In this document: positions 36,576 through 49,844 of the stretch, piece after piece
Layout of the letters: each line of letters begins with the position of its first letter
Numbering within the stretch: the stretch's first letter is position 1
NCBI RefSeq assembly: GCF_026210795.1
Contig: NC_089434.1
Coordinates: forward strand, 4,960,001 to 5,024,000
Direction of reading: 5' to 3'
Length of the DNA stretch: 64,000 bases
Source: Rhizophagus irregularis
Taxonomy: Eukaryota
Notes under the pieces: generated by a model
The model's database searches: none
Seen by the model: only the letters and a program-made list of their open reading frames with translations
Told to the model about the DNA's origin: nothing
Made by a program: the position numbers and the translations under genes

Positions 36576-37787
36576 GTTGCTAATATGTATCTGAAGGACG
36601 TTGTTTAAAGTGAAAATAAAAAAATAGAGACTTGCAAAAAGTTGTTATATATGAATTGAATTCTGAAGAAGTGACAAACTAAAAACAGAGACTTTCAAAA
36701 ACTGAAAAACAAATAAAAGTCAAATAAAGTACCAATAAATACCAATAAGATCTGGTCACATGGGTCACCATGCCAATAAACGCGTCGCGTCAAGTGTAGG
36801 CATACGTATAAATATTTGTGTAGGTTTGTCAGGTTGTGTAACAAAAACAGGGGTATCCACGTGTACCCTAAAATGATATTCTTTTTATCAATATGAACCG
36901 TTAATAAAACGCGATTATTCTTTAAAATTGCTATAATAAAACTCAAGAGAAACCTAATTTTCAATGTTTTACGAAGGAAATATAGGTATTTTTCATGTTT
37001 ACAGTGTTTTTATACAATATTTCAGTCTTTTTACGCGTAATTTAATGTTATTTTATATTCAAATAAAAATATATTAAAAATTATTTGTATAATTTCAAAT
37101 GTATAATTGTATAATTCAGTTAATAAAATCCTTTACACCTTTATTCTTTATTCAAATAAAAACATTATCAAATATGAGCTATTGGTCCCCATTTTTTGTA
37201 TTCTGTCTAATTGACTCTACTAATGCATATTTCTTTTTAGCAGTTCTCTTTTGACTATTTACCTTGAGTTAACCTTTTACTACCATGATTATTACTTTTT
37301 CTTCTTTGTATTATACTTCTCTGCTAATTAATTATGTTGTATTTCGGGGAACAGACCAATTTACTATTTATTATAAAATTACTATGAATTAATTACATCT
37401 GTCAAAATACATTACGTCTGTCAAAATAAATTTAATTAGTATTTTGTCATTTTGACGAAAAGTATACTTTGTATAGATGTTTGTACTTATATTTCTAATT
37501 CTCCAATTCTTCTTATCCCTTAAACGGTAGAACCTCGCAGGCAAATTTGCCTGCAATTTTACCCGAATTTTAGCTTTCATCTATTTTTAGAAATATTAAT
37601 GCTACTTTATCGCCGTTTTCAATAAAATGTGATCAGCTGATCAATATAGTTTCACCAAAAAAAATTTCAATCTTTGTGTAATATTATTTTTTAACCAATC
37701 ATGTTTTTTCAATTTTTCTCTGATTATACTGTATATAGAAATTCATGCTCTAATACTACACATTTTTTATATTGCTGACACGTTAAA

Positions 37788-39482
37788 ATGTCACTTAATG
37801 AAAATGAAGTATATGAAATACAAGTATATACAAGAAAATATCAAATAGGGATGTGTTTTACCTGTCAAAAGTGTTTATATTGTGGAAAAGACTTTACATT
37901 TGAAAATTGTCATTGTAATAAGTATGAAAAACCAACTAAAAATAACTGAACAGCCAAAGTACGTGGCTATAGAGGTTTGTGCTATGATGCAAGTAACGCT
38001 CAACCATTTTTAAAAGAATTTATGAAGAAAAGTAATCTTAAGTTTGGTTATGAAGTCAACCTGGCAACTTCCTTTTATTGTTCACTTTGTACAACTTGTA
38101 ATAGTAAAATAAGCCGAGAAAATAATAAATTTGGAAAGGAAATAAAAAAAGAAAAAGATATCATAAAATCTGAAGTGAATCAAGTAACAGAATTACAGCT
38201 TCATATATCAATTAAAAATGGAAAAGAGATTTTACCATCTATTTTAGTCAACTGGTCTTTTAATGATATAAAATATAATGATCTTTCAACAAAAATTGAA
38301 CAACTTGTCTCTGAACATATAGGATTAATCTTTAGTAATGAATATTTTTTGGCATATAAGGGTAGTTCAGAAGTTGGGGCAAAAACACTTTTAGATAATG
38401 AAATTACTTTTGAAGAATTTCTAAAAAATTATAAACGTTACATCTCTAATAATAAAAAAGTGATGATAATTGTAACTATGAAGGATAAGAAAAAAGATAA
38501 GAAAAAATGAAAATATAAAGTAAATTTTGGGTTCAATCTGAATTCTTAATTAATTATATGTTGTATTAATTTATAATACTTATTACAGTCAAAGCTCGTT
38601 ATAGTGAATCTCGTTATAGTGAACATTAAGTAAAATCACGTTATAGTGACCTATTGATTTTTTTCTTTATAATTAATTTCTCTCGATATAGTGAATTTTC
38701 TTAATAAATCTCGTTATAGTGAAAAAAAGGGAAAAAATTACATAGTGGAACAGAAAGTTCACTATAATGAGCTTTGACTGTATATTATAATAAATAGAAT
38801 GATAATTTGGAATTAGAAGTGACAAGCGAAGAAACAGAAGAAGAAGCACCAAAATCTAAATCAGTTAAAACTAAAAAAAAAGGTACAGCAATGAATAGAG
38901 TCCCAAAAGAAAGTAAACTTGATGAAAAGGATAAAATGATCAGTGAAATTATGATGCAATTAAAAGATAAATATGTTTGTAATCATTATAATCATAAACA
39001 TTGTTTTGTAAAAGATGGTCATCATTTATTTTTATCAAATGTATCATTTTCGATGTGGGCTCAAGATATTGTAAGTATTTATTAAAATAATTACCATATT
39101 ATATTATTTTATTATAACTAATAGAATTTTTTTATAGTTTAAAAATAATACAGATTTCAAAACACCTCCTAATTATGCAATTTTTAGCATGTTACATTCT
39201 GTTAAACCCACTTCTTATAACTCTAATAACAAAAATTCTTTAACAATTCCTAATGTAATTCAAAACTTTACAATAGAAGTTCCTTCTATGAAGGAATTTT
39301 TGGAAGAGTTGGATAGGAAATATGGTGCAAATAAATTTACATGTTATTTGCAAAAATTTGAGGAGGAGGAAATTCGGATTAACCAATTATTTAAATTATC
39401 TGATGCAGAGTATAATTTGATAGGTATATCAAAAATTAGTATTAGACAAACATTACGTGATGAGTCAAAGAAATTTGAATAG
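37788..39482 (+). pseudogene. Three-exon hypothetical gene: Cys-rich N-terminus, Cys/His cluster and SAM-like C-terminus; two in-frame TGA stops
   Basis: ATG 37788 is in frame with ORF 37977. Motifs CFTCQKCLYCG..CHC, CSLCTTCN, CNHYNHKHC..HLFLSNVSFSMWAQDI|..TPPNYAIF and YLQKFEEEEIRINQLFKLSDAEYNLIGISKISIRQTL. Introns ~38520-38798 and 39071-39137. TGA at 37947 and 38508. Confidence 0.75.
38586..38780. mobile_element. 195-bp Tc1/pogo-type MITE inside an intron
   Basis: TA|CAGTCAAAGCTCGTTATAGTGAA ... TTCACTATAATGAGCTTTGACTG|TA, with internal CGTTATAGTGA repeats. Confidence 0.92.
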
Positions 39483-39612
39483 ATTTACATTGTATTGCTT
39501 TGTAATTATTATAAATTTAGTAAATAATCATTTGAAATTTTGATAAAATAAATTTTCTGCATGTGATTATCAATTTCTTTGTATGTTTATCATGCATTGT
39601 ATAAAAAAACTA

Positions 39613-40776
39613 TTACATATAAATTGATTGTTGAAAATATTGTTTTGCCATATTGGAAGTAGTTTGAGATAATGCCACGAAAAATATATAAATAGAGTCA
39701 TCACAATTATTAACAATATCTCTATATCTTTTTAGCCAACTTTTTAATACTGAAAATGCAGTTTCTATTGGATTTAAATTGGGTGAATACAGTGGTAAAT
39801 AAAGTATCCTACACCCAAATTCTTCAACTGATTTTACCAAATCTTCATCATAATGAATACGAGCATTATCCATAATAAGTACACTATTTTCACCAGGATA
39901 TGGATTCATCTGTGGTAACTTAAAAATAAATAAATAAATAATTTTTTTTTATATTAACAAAGATACAATAAATATTTTTATAAATAAATAATTACCACTT
40001 GTGTTATTATGAAAGTTCGAAATCTATCTTTATCACAACTACCTTCCATTATATCAGCCGCAATAAATCCATCAACTGTCAATGCAGGTAATATTGTGTA
40101 ATGCTTGCCCTTATAAATACTACCTTTTTTTTTGCTCTACAATTTTTATAAGAATAACCATATAAATATGAAACGCTCCTTTCATTCTTAAACGTCTCAT
40201 CAATAAAAATGAGTTGTTCTGCATTATATTCTATCCTTATTTGATACATAAAAAAATCACGTAATGTTTCATTCTGTTTATATGCTACTTTTTGCAACTT
40301 AATATAAATAAATTATAAATTAATAAATAATAATATAAAACTTAATTTCGTAATACATACTTTCTTTCTAGTAATACCACAATGTTGAAGAGAGCGGCAT
40401 AATGTTGGTATTGAAACCAACTTTCCAGTTTTTATTTCCATTTCATAAATTAATTCATCTAAATAATAATCAACTTTTTCCTGAACAATATCTTGCAGTA
40501 TCTATAAAATAATTTTTAATTAAAATTTTTAATACGAAGTACAGTATTTGTATTTGTTAATAGTAGTTGGTTTAACTGCATATCCTCTGATATAAATATC
40601 TTCCTTTTTCCTGACTTTCCGGTGAATAGATCATTAACACATCTCCATTTATCAAAAATTTTACAAATATTAGTAACCGTTATTTTACTGATGTATAACC
40701 TCTTAGCAATTTCTTTTGATTTATAACCTTCTTCATAACAATAGATAATACGCTATTTTAAATCTTCACTCAACAT
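39613..40776 (-). pseudogene. Tc1/IS630-like DD34E transposase, intron-containing, defective
   Basis: HTH region LSEDLK*RIIY..KEIAKRLYISKITV. Catalytic motifs LIFIDET, VLIMDNARIH and YLPLYSPNLNPIE, with 34 residues between the second D and E. Three apparent introns. Confidence 0.9.
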
Positions 40777-41529
40777 TTTACTGTAATATATTGTAAAATA
40801 TATAATTAGATACAAATTTTATAATAATAAATTTTATAAAAGAATATTTTGAAACCTTTATTATGTAAAAATCTGAGAAAAAAGTAAAGATCACGAAAAA
40901 TCACTTTTTTTAGATTGTAAAATCGCTAAGATTTCTGACAAATATGCTTACAATACCTTTGAAACTTCTATGCAAGTAAATTTCAAGTATATTTATTTGA
41001 AATAGAAAATAAAATCGCAGTGTTAAATAGTAAATTACAATAGTTATTTTTGACGTGAAAATAAAATATTGCAAAAATCGGCTTTTTGGTAGTACAAGTC
41101 CCATGATGCTGATTACATTTTTCTGAAAACGGCGATAATAAAAATTTTTTTCCAAATTGTTTTAATTTTATATTACGTGACTATGATCATCATTTTCTAA
41201 TTTACATATTAGAACGTTTAGTTAATCATCGACCAAAAGTTTGCACTTTACATTAATAGCCATTTTTTAAAAAATTTTGCATATATTTTTGGCAAACTCA
41301 CTGGGGTTTGATTATAACTCACCAAACCTTAATAATAAAATGCAGAGTAGTTTATGAGAAATAATTTTTATTATTTGAGTTTTTAAGATTTAAAAATAAG
41401 ATTTTGAAATTATATAATAGCTTAAAAAAAGAATTATTTTCATAAAATTCATAAAAAAAGTGCAATGTAAATGTTATGAAAATTAACTAACTTTAAATGG
41501 AAAAAATAAAAACTAAACTTTGTTTTTAA

Positions 41530-43656
41530 TTATCATCTTCCTTATATGTATGAAAATCTTTAAAACAATTACTTCTTTCCTTATTACAACATAAGGCTAA
41601 ATCACATTTTATGCAATATAATTGTGATTGAGGTGGATTTTTTGCTGCTTTTTCTTGATTTTTTTTTATTAAATATTTACACTATACACAACTACTTTTT
41701 GTTTCTCTCCATTCAGGATAATGATCTTCTGGAAATAATCTTATTATAGGAAGCTCATATTTTGCTGTAACATATTGAGGATCAACATAAATAAACTTAA
41801 ATTGATTTATTAATTCATCAACTTGATTTCGTATATGTAGTTTTTTTTCACTTTCTTTTAAACTTTCTTCAATTAAATCCCATACTATTTGTAATCTAAA
41901 ATCCTTATGATTAATATTTGTATTAACTTTTTTTTAATATTAAATATGAATTAACTAATGCAGTATCTAAAAGCCACAAAAACAGTGGCATCTAAGTCCT
42001 TCATACTGGTAGCTGAGTTCTGTAATACCCTCGTAATTGATCAGCAATATCTACTTCACCCATGAAGTGGTTATAGTCATCAATTATAACAGGAATTGGT
42101 AAAGTTTTTTTGCTTAAAGTTCCAAAAATTGCTCAGATTTTAGCTGCATTTGTGCTTGTCTCTCGTGGTCGACATCGTACTCTTTCTATCTGATTTTCAT
42201 TTTCATTATCAATCTGATGAATAGTAGAAAGCATCATCACTGAGCCATTATCCATCCACAAAATAGCTAATACATTGTTAACAACCACCCCAGAAAGTGT
42301 GTTCCAATCTAGTTTTTTATTTGCTTTAAGAACCTTTGGGAAATTAGCACTATTTGTACGAACAGTTCCACATGCTCCTATTTTTTTTTCACACAAGTAT
42401 TTAAAAAGTTTAATACTAAAAAAATAATTATCCATATAGATATTGAATGATTTATCTTCTATTGGTAATTGAGATGTAAGGTAATATACTTCATTTTATA
42501 CATGCCACCCAAATTATTTTGGACTGCCGTAATTATAAGTAAAATCCCAAATTCAATTATGGCATCCCAATTATTTTGGCACTTTACATAGTAAATTATA
42601 TATAAACTGAATGAATTATGGCATCCCAAATTATAATTATGGCATCCCAAAATAATTTGGGCAGCATGTATACTTCATTTCCTACTTTACTTAAATCTGA
42701 TACTTGCTGAATTTCTGGGTAGATTTGAATTCTGGAGGTAAAAATAAAGATGTATGTATAGCCAGCATCACAAAAAGAAAGAATTTTGTAACCTTTTGGA
42801 GTAGGTTTATTTTTAATTCTTACAATATGAGCACTTCTTCCAGAAAATCTTGCAATCATCTCATCAATAAAAACATTTGATGATGGTATACAAATTGTTT
42901 TGAAAACTGTTCGGATATAAGTTGCTAAAAGATTTACCTTTGAATACCAAAACTCAGGCGGAATAGTACAATCTGAAATGTACATGAAACGTTTAATTTA
43001 AATATATCAATAAACAGTTTTAATAAAATTTAATTAATTTAATAAAATTATTAAGATAATTAATAAAATTAAAATACCTGTTCAAAACAAGTTAAAGACA
43101 TAAAAGTAGTAATTTTATGCTCAGGAAATTTACTATCCTTATTCCAATAATCTCAAATACTAGGTAATTTAAAAACACCAGCATATATTAATATTGCTGG
43201 GCAAATTTTAAATTCTTTCATTGTTAATTCTTTCCAATCACGCCTTTCTCCTGCATTCTTTACAAATGCATATTTATTTATATTTTTAACAATTATTTCT
43301 ATTTATTCAAGAGAAAAAAAAGAGAAAATATAGAATGAGGTGATGGTGAAAGGAGGAAATCTCTAGATAAATTTATTTTAAATTCATGTAAATGTCTAAC
43401 ATGTTAAAAAGCATTAAAAGAAGGTGGAGGTGAAAGTTGCGCAATTTGTTTATTATTATTATTATCTCTTTCACTATTATTATTTCTACCTCTACCTCTA
43501 CCTCTACCTCTTTTTCTTCCTTTTCCTTTACCTCTATTACTACCTCTGCCTTAGATATTCTCTTCATGAATTTTTTCAAAATTATCAGAATTTTGAATAT
43601 TTTTTGCAAAATCAACAATAAACAAATCTTACTCGTCATATTCAATAGTATCCATG
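41530..43656 (-). pseudogene. piggyBac-family transposase relic
   Basis: FIDEMIARFSGR..IKNKPTPKGYKI..CDAGY, YMDNYFFSIKLF..IGACGTVRTN and DYNHFMGEVDIADQLRGYY. C-terminal Cys-rich domain YCIKCDLALCC..CFKDFH. TTAA termini not found. Confidence 0.9.
42497..42672 (-). mobile_element. 176-bp hAT-type MITE, copy 2 (inverted relative to 24998), inserted in the piggyBac transposase
   Basis: Same TIRs as 24998-25174. Perfect 8-bp TSD CTTCATTT (42489-42496 and 42673-42680). Confidence 0.92.
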
Positions 43657-43803
43657 GTAAAAATAAAAAAAAATAAGTAAATATAGTGTTAGGAATAAAA
43701 AAAATGCAAAACTCTGAAAACTCCAAAATTCTGAGGTTTTGATCAGCATTTTTACAAATTAATTTTCAGCTTAATTTTTGCCAAACAGCCAGATTTTTAA
43801 CTA

Positions 43804-45007
43804 CAGTCAACTCTCTTTATAGTCACACATTTGGGAACATCCATATTTGGTAATTATAAAGAGATGTGACTTAAGGTTGCTTGCCGAAACCTAGGGGTTT
43901 AGGCAAGATGGCGTTTTGCCGAAAAGCGAAATTCTGCTGAAACTATATTAAAGTTATATTAAAAAACTGGCGAAATTTTGGAGAAAGGCGAAACTGCTGA
44001 AACTTATTATAAATGCCGAAACTGCTGAAACTCTGCCGAAACTATAACAAATCTATAGTAAAATTTTGATGAAACTAATCGTAGGATTTTGAAGAGGTTT
44101 AGACAAGCAACCTTAATAATGACTATATAAAAAATTTCTTATATTTGTATATCATAATTCCGGCCAAAAATTAACATAATTTTAGCCAGAATTATACTTA
44201 AAACTTTATTGTATCGTAACTTCGCCAATATTAATCGTAGAGAGATGATCTTACCGCCATTCGATTCGTCATGATGAGACGGTTCTAATGGTATAAATTA
44301 CGTCGAAATCCAATCACTAGATTAATTTCCGAAATTAAAAAAATATTAATGGTTTTTGTGTAATAACTCTGTCAATATTGATCCTAGAAAGACGATCTTA
44401 CTACCATTCGATTCGTCATGATGAGACGAATCTAATGGTATAAGATACATCGAAATCCAATCACTAGATCAATTTCCGAAATTAAAAAATATTAAATGGT
44501 TTTTAAGTAACAACTCCGTTAATATTGATCACAGAGAGATGAGCTTACCACCATTCGATTCGTCTCTATGAGGCGATTCCAACGAGCTATAAATCGTCTT
44601 TTTACAATCACTAGGTACCGAGAAATCTAGCAAAATGTTAAATGGCGCAGTAAACGTAAATCAAGAAATATTATAATGCCGATGTTTAACATTTTGTTGA
44701 ATAACTTGATCGGAAAAGGATAAAACTACCACCATTCGATTCGTCTCAGTGAGACGATTCTAACAAGCTATGATACATCTTTGTACGATTATTAGATGCC
44801 AAGTTATTTAATATATTCTTTATATAACTGTGATTATAAACGGTTCTTTTTAATATAAGATTTTTGAGGATAGGTGTGATAGTGACTATAGATAGATTGT
44901 GACTATATAGGATAGATTTTAATAATAAAGTGTTTTGAACATTCAACTGGTGTGACTATATAGTAGAATGTGACTATAACGGGAGTGACTATAGAGGGAG
45001 TTGACTG
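43804..45007 (+). mobile_element. Non-autonomous Tc1/pogo-type TIR element, copy 2
   Basis: TA|CAGTCAACTCTCTTTATAGTCAC ... GAGTTGACTG|TA. Collinear with 27705-29098. Confidence 0.92.
43875..44112. mobile_element. 238-bp MITE with TTAA TSD and GG...CC ends (Kolobok-like, tentative), nested in 43804-45007
   Basis: TTAA|GGTTGCTTGCCGAAACCT ... AGGTTTAGACAAGCAACC|TTAA, with internal GC(C/T)GAAA repeats. Confidence 0.85.
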
Positions 45008-46409
45008 TATGTATTATTTTCAGTTTAGTTTTTTATTTAATAAATTATCTGTTATGGCGCCATAATAAATAACTAAAATTCACATTTTCTAGTAATTTTT
45101 AAATGATGTAATACTGACATAATTATTTGTATATAGATATGTATTTTATTAGCTGAATATTATATGTATCGCATATGTGATAGCTGTACTAATTTATTTT
45201 AATTGTGCTACAAAAAATTTAATAGCGAAGGATGATAAAAAAATTGATTCTTCAGGTTTTGTTTAAACGTATTACAAAGGAATCTGGCTATTGGAAGTGG
45301 AATCCAGAAATTATAAACACTTGAAACCTTCTTATAAAATGAAAATAAGTATAGTACGTTTATATTATTTGGCTTTACAAAGAATTTTTGACAAAAAATA
45401 GTTGGAATCAAATAAAGATTTATTTTGACATTTCAGGTTCTTCTTAAATGTAAGTTATAAAGTTTTAAATAAGTTTAGTGTCAAAAAAATTCTTTATTGA
45501 TAGAACTTCTTACCATTTAAAGGATTAGATAGGATTTTTAGAAATTATTAATAAACTAATTATTTCTTTATCTTTTTTAGGAGTTGACTTATGAGTTTCA
45601 TCAGTATATTCTATTAAAAGCTTAAACAACATCCTTTAAATAAAGTGAAAGGAGTTTTATGGCTACAACTATTGGTAAGAAATATAATTTAAATTTTGTA
45701 TCAGGTTTTGATTGTAATGACATTATCATTAATTTATCAACATACACATATGCTAAATGAATAATTTTATATTTCTTTGAAAGGGGTAAATGGGCTCTAA
45801 TTTTGGAATCAAAAATCATGCAAATTGAATCATTAGATATATAAGGAGATATTTATGTTCAAATGCAAGAGTTTATGTCAAATTGATAGTAAATGTGTTG
45901 AGCGTATTTATTAAGGAACCAATGATTCAATCAATGCGATTTTTAACTTTTTGGATAGATCTCATTCTCTCCTTTCAAATAAATATAAATTCATTTTTCT
46001 AGCATGCATATATATTGAGTTATTTATGATTTTGCAACAGGAATTATAATGGATTTTAATTTATATGGAAGGTACATATTAAAATTCTTGAATTTATTTC
46101 AGATTCTAATAAAATTTATATTTTATTAAATATTTATTAGTTTGCAAGATTTAAAGTACGATTATTATGTGAGTTTTTAAATCTGCCAGTCATTTATATT
46201 AAAAAATTATGTAAAATGCATTAAATTAAAAGTTACTACTTGCAAAAATTGGTCAATAATAATTCAATTTGAATAAAACTTTGTATGATTAAAATTTAAA
46301 GTGCAATAAATTTATTTGCAATATTTAAGGTCATATTAATATGTAGAATTTTATGCAATGTCTTATAACGGCATTTTATATCATGTGATAAAATTAGAAA
46401 ATGATCTGC

Positions 46410-47530
46410 AAATTAATGTGATAAATGAGAAAGCCCGCTATGCTTTATAAGACTAGGACTGACCAGCTGTAGATAACGCAAAACATTCCCAATTCTTGAA
46501 ATCGGCCGGCAGAAGGCCCATTTACTATTTGAAAGTTGTATGTTGTATTGAAAAGAAGACTCTAATATCAGATGTTCATGGTCACGACTAAATTTCATGA
46601 ACACTGCAAGCTGCCACCCTTCATTATCCCCATTCAACCCACTAAGGTAAGCTTTATCTAAATTCATACATAAAAGTAAAGAAAAACCGCTATACCTATC
46701 TCTAAAAAAATTTACTAAATAAAGGTAATAAAAAATATAAGAAAAATTATAAAATTGTAAAAATATATAAGTTCAGGTGCCATAACATCAAATTTTGTCT
46801 CTGTCCTTCTTCTTTTGAGTTGTATATGCACAGTCGAAGATAAAGTACAAGGTCTTTATCAAGCAAAGGTTGTTTAAAGAGAAACTAAATACAGTTAGTT
46901 CTACAATATCGGATAAAGGATGGACCAAATGTTATACCAAAAAAGCCATTAAAATTCTGTAATAGGTAGTCCGTTCTGTATGTTATCCCAAAATGGAAGT
47001 TTTCTTCTGAGTTGTAAATTATTTATTGTTGTACCAGCAATTTGCGAAAGGTATCCAGAAACATGTCAAGTTTATGACGTAATTTTATTCAAAAGGCTTC
47101 TGATGGTGTCTTAATCGGGAGTTATACAATTTAACAAATTAAAAACGCCAATGGGTGTAAGTAAATAATAGGCGTCAAAGGAGATGTAGAAGGAGGTAAA
47201 GGTGAGTATAGTTCGAAACATTTGAGTAGGCTAGTTAAAGTCTTCTAGAGATATTTTTGTGTGTGTGTTTATACCGTTGTAGAGCTGTCGCATGCTTCTT
47301 GATAGTCTGGTCAAATATCTTGAATAGCGAAGATCTGTTGGTGTAAAGTAAGTTGCTGTGGAAAAAATCCACAAAATCTTTGTTGCTTAGAAGTTTGTTG
47401 GTTGCTCTTTCTGTATCCAAGGTTTATATATTTCGCTTAAAAAAAAGAGCTTAGGCTGTTCTCATCTCGTCATTGTCCAAAGCTTGCTTATTCTAGGTGA
47501 TACGCCTCTCCAGACCATCTTGAATCCAGA
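46410..47530 (-). other. Degraded coding or retroelement-like relic of unknown family
   Basis: Locally higher GC and the ORF fragment DTERATNKLLSNKDFVDFFHSNLLYTNR. No diagnostic motif recognised. Confidence 0.3.
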
Positions 47531-48276
47531 AATTCTATAAAGAGAAGGAAAACGCGTAAGATTAGAGAAAAAAAATACAGAAATAAAGTTTCTAACACTA
47601 AAATAAACCACAACAGGTTCTTTGCTGTTAAGACTTTGCTTGAAGTGTATGAATAAAATAAAAGTGTATAAGACTACTATAAGCGAAAATAATAAAAAAA
47701 ATAATAAAAAATATTATTGAAAAAATTTGGTCCAGACGTTTAGCAGAAAAAGTTCTCCCATAATGTTTTTCTTGCTTTTAAAGACTAAAATAATATGAAA
47801 TAGAGTTATATTTATACATATTTATATTATATATGGATAACATTAATGCAAATTATATGTTTAATTTTTTTAATAATTACAGATATTAAATTTAAATTAT
47901 AGATATATTTAGTATATATGAGTAATATAGATATATAAATCTAATTGCTCTTTTAAGATAATCTCAATTTATAGTTCATAATACAATTAATTATATTAGT
48001 TTTTTATAAATCATATAAGATTTTTTATATATCTACCTTTTAAAATATTAGCTATACTCTTTATATATTTTAGTAATATATAAATAATATTATAAATAAA
48101 ATTCAAAAATATTTTACAAAATTTTATTAAAATTACTTATTAATTTTTTACTAAATTAATTAATGTTACTAAAAATTAAATTTTCTTTTTTTATTTATAA
48201 TTTTACATTTTAAAAATAAAAATGAAAAATCTATTTTAAAAAGCCTTTAAAAAATATATTATATATAATATAATTA

Positions 48277-49238
48277 TGGTCCAGTGCAAAAATGTTGATA
48301 CATGAATATCATTACCTAAATTGGTAGTATTACACAAAAATCAACAATCAAGTCATATGAGTATAACAATTATATAATAGATAAGAAACGTTCCCACCTT
48401 CAACTTTATTAACAAAAACACACCTTTTTTACTCCATGAATAACACAGAATACGACTAAATCTTTTTAACTAGTAACAAAAAAAAAGTGATTATTCACGC
48501 CCACCAATAATTTTTAGATATTTGACAATGCCAGGGACAACATCAAGACTTATCACTATGCAAGGAGGTTGCTACAGTTCTTATTATTAGGGAGGCAACA
48601 ATTGCGCGCATGGTTGCTGAATATAATAAAAATGAGATCTTATCACAAAAAAACTATGGCCAACTAAAAAAAGAGCTTAAACTGCGATGTTGTTGAGCTT
48701 ATACGCGGCTTTGTTATTTCTGCAAATATTTCCGATGCCCACTTTCAAAACATGTATTATGACAAAAACTTGAAGAAAATGGCCATATATTTCACAATGA
48801 ATATTAGTACTTTGTATACCCCACCTTACCATTGTGAACTACAACCGATTAAGAGAGTTTAGTCTACTGTAAAAGGTGTAGTTGCTAGAGCCAGTCCTCA
48901 TCCTAATCTTCTCGCTATTAGAGACAAATTATTGTATGCTTTTAAGGAAAAAGTTACCATTAAAGTTACAATTGGGTTTTGGAAAATATGTCTTAATAAG
49001 GCAAAAAAATATAAATATTTATGTGATGATATGAAAATGAAAATGAAGATTCCGAAATTGAAGAATTTGATGAATAATAAAAAATTTTATTTAAATTGAA
49101 AACTTTAATGAATTTACATTTAAATATGTCTTAAAACCGAAGTTATAAATAAAATAATTTAAAAAATTTACTTTAATTTTAAGAAAAAATTTTTTTATTA
49201 ATAGCATATTGGTGTATCAACTTTTTTGCACCGGACCA
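48277..49238 (+). mobile_element. Internally deleted Tc1/IS630-like element
   Basis: TA|TGGTCCAGTGCAAAAA ... TTTTTTGCACCGGACCA|TA. Relic motifs FDNAR and VLCIPHL/TPPYHCELQPIK, the PPY..ELNPIE-type box. Confidence 0.85.
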
Positions 49239-49249
49239 TAATATTAATA

Positions 49250-49784
49250 TCCCTTGCAGCTAAATTTGCCTGCAATTTTATTTTTTTAATTAAAGACACT
49301 TTTAAATACCTTAAAATATTTTATTATATAAACCAATATTTTTGTAATAAATTCTATAGTATTTTTTAAATAAAAATTGAAAAAAAAAGTTCAATTTGAT
49401 TAATGATTATTTAAAAGTAAATGATCAACAAATTATAACAAATAGTAGCTATTGAAATATCTTTTTATTCATTAATCCTAGAAATATAAAATTACTACCA
49501 TTTAATGCGTCTTAATGAGAAGAATCTGATAAAACAAAATTATTCTTCTACAAATATTATGTGACAGAATAACTTATAAAATCTAAAAATTTATAAATTA
49601 ATATAATTTTTTATTTATCAATTTTAGAGCTATGCTTTTATTACCATTAAATATGACTTAATAAGAGAAATCTAACAAATATAATTTCATCTTTTTATGA
49701 TCACTACTCATTCACTAGATCATAAGATATTTTAAAAAATTCAAAATTTTTTAAAATTAATTTTAGCTCCTACAGTTTAAGGGA
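49250..49784. mobile_element. 535-bp MITE related to the 37516 element ends
   Basis: TA|TCCCTT..AAATTTGCCTGCAATTTT ... CTACAGTTTAAGGGA|TA. Contains two decayed copies of the ACCATT..GAGA..AATCT palindrome. Confidence 0.65.
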
Positions 49785-49844
49785 TACACTATATATATTA
49801 TAATTTTTTAAAATTCTTTAAAATTGCAAAGATCAAAAGTTATA

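Larger units (their letters stand above)
37516..45524. mobile_element. Putative two-gene Tc1/IS630-like transposon enlarged by nested insertions (right end tentative)
   Basis: Left end TA|TCCCTTAAACGGTAG. Degenerate complementary right end TTACCATTTAAAGGA (45510-45524). A related MITE (49250-49784) ends in CTACAGTTTAAGGGA|TA and shares the AAATTTGCCTGCAATTTT subterminal sequence. Confidence 0.5.

Noticed and set aside
43373..43726. Low-complexity ORFs (EVEVEV, YLYLY, TSTSTS)
   Set aside because: Alternative frames of the GRGRGR-coding repeat at the 5' end of the piggyBac relic.
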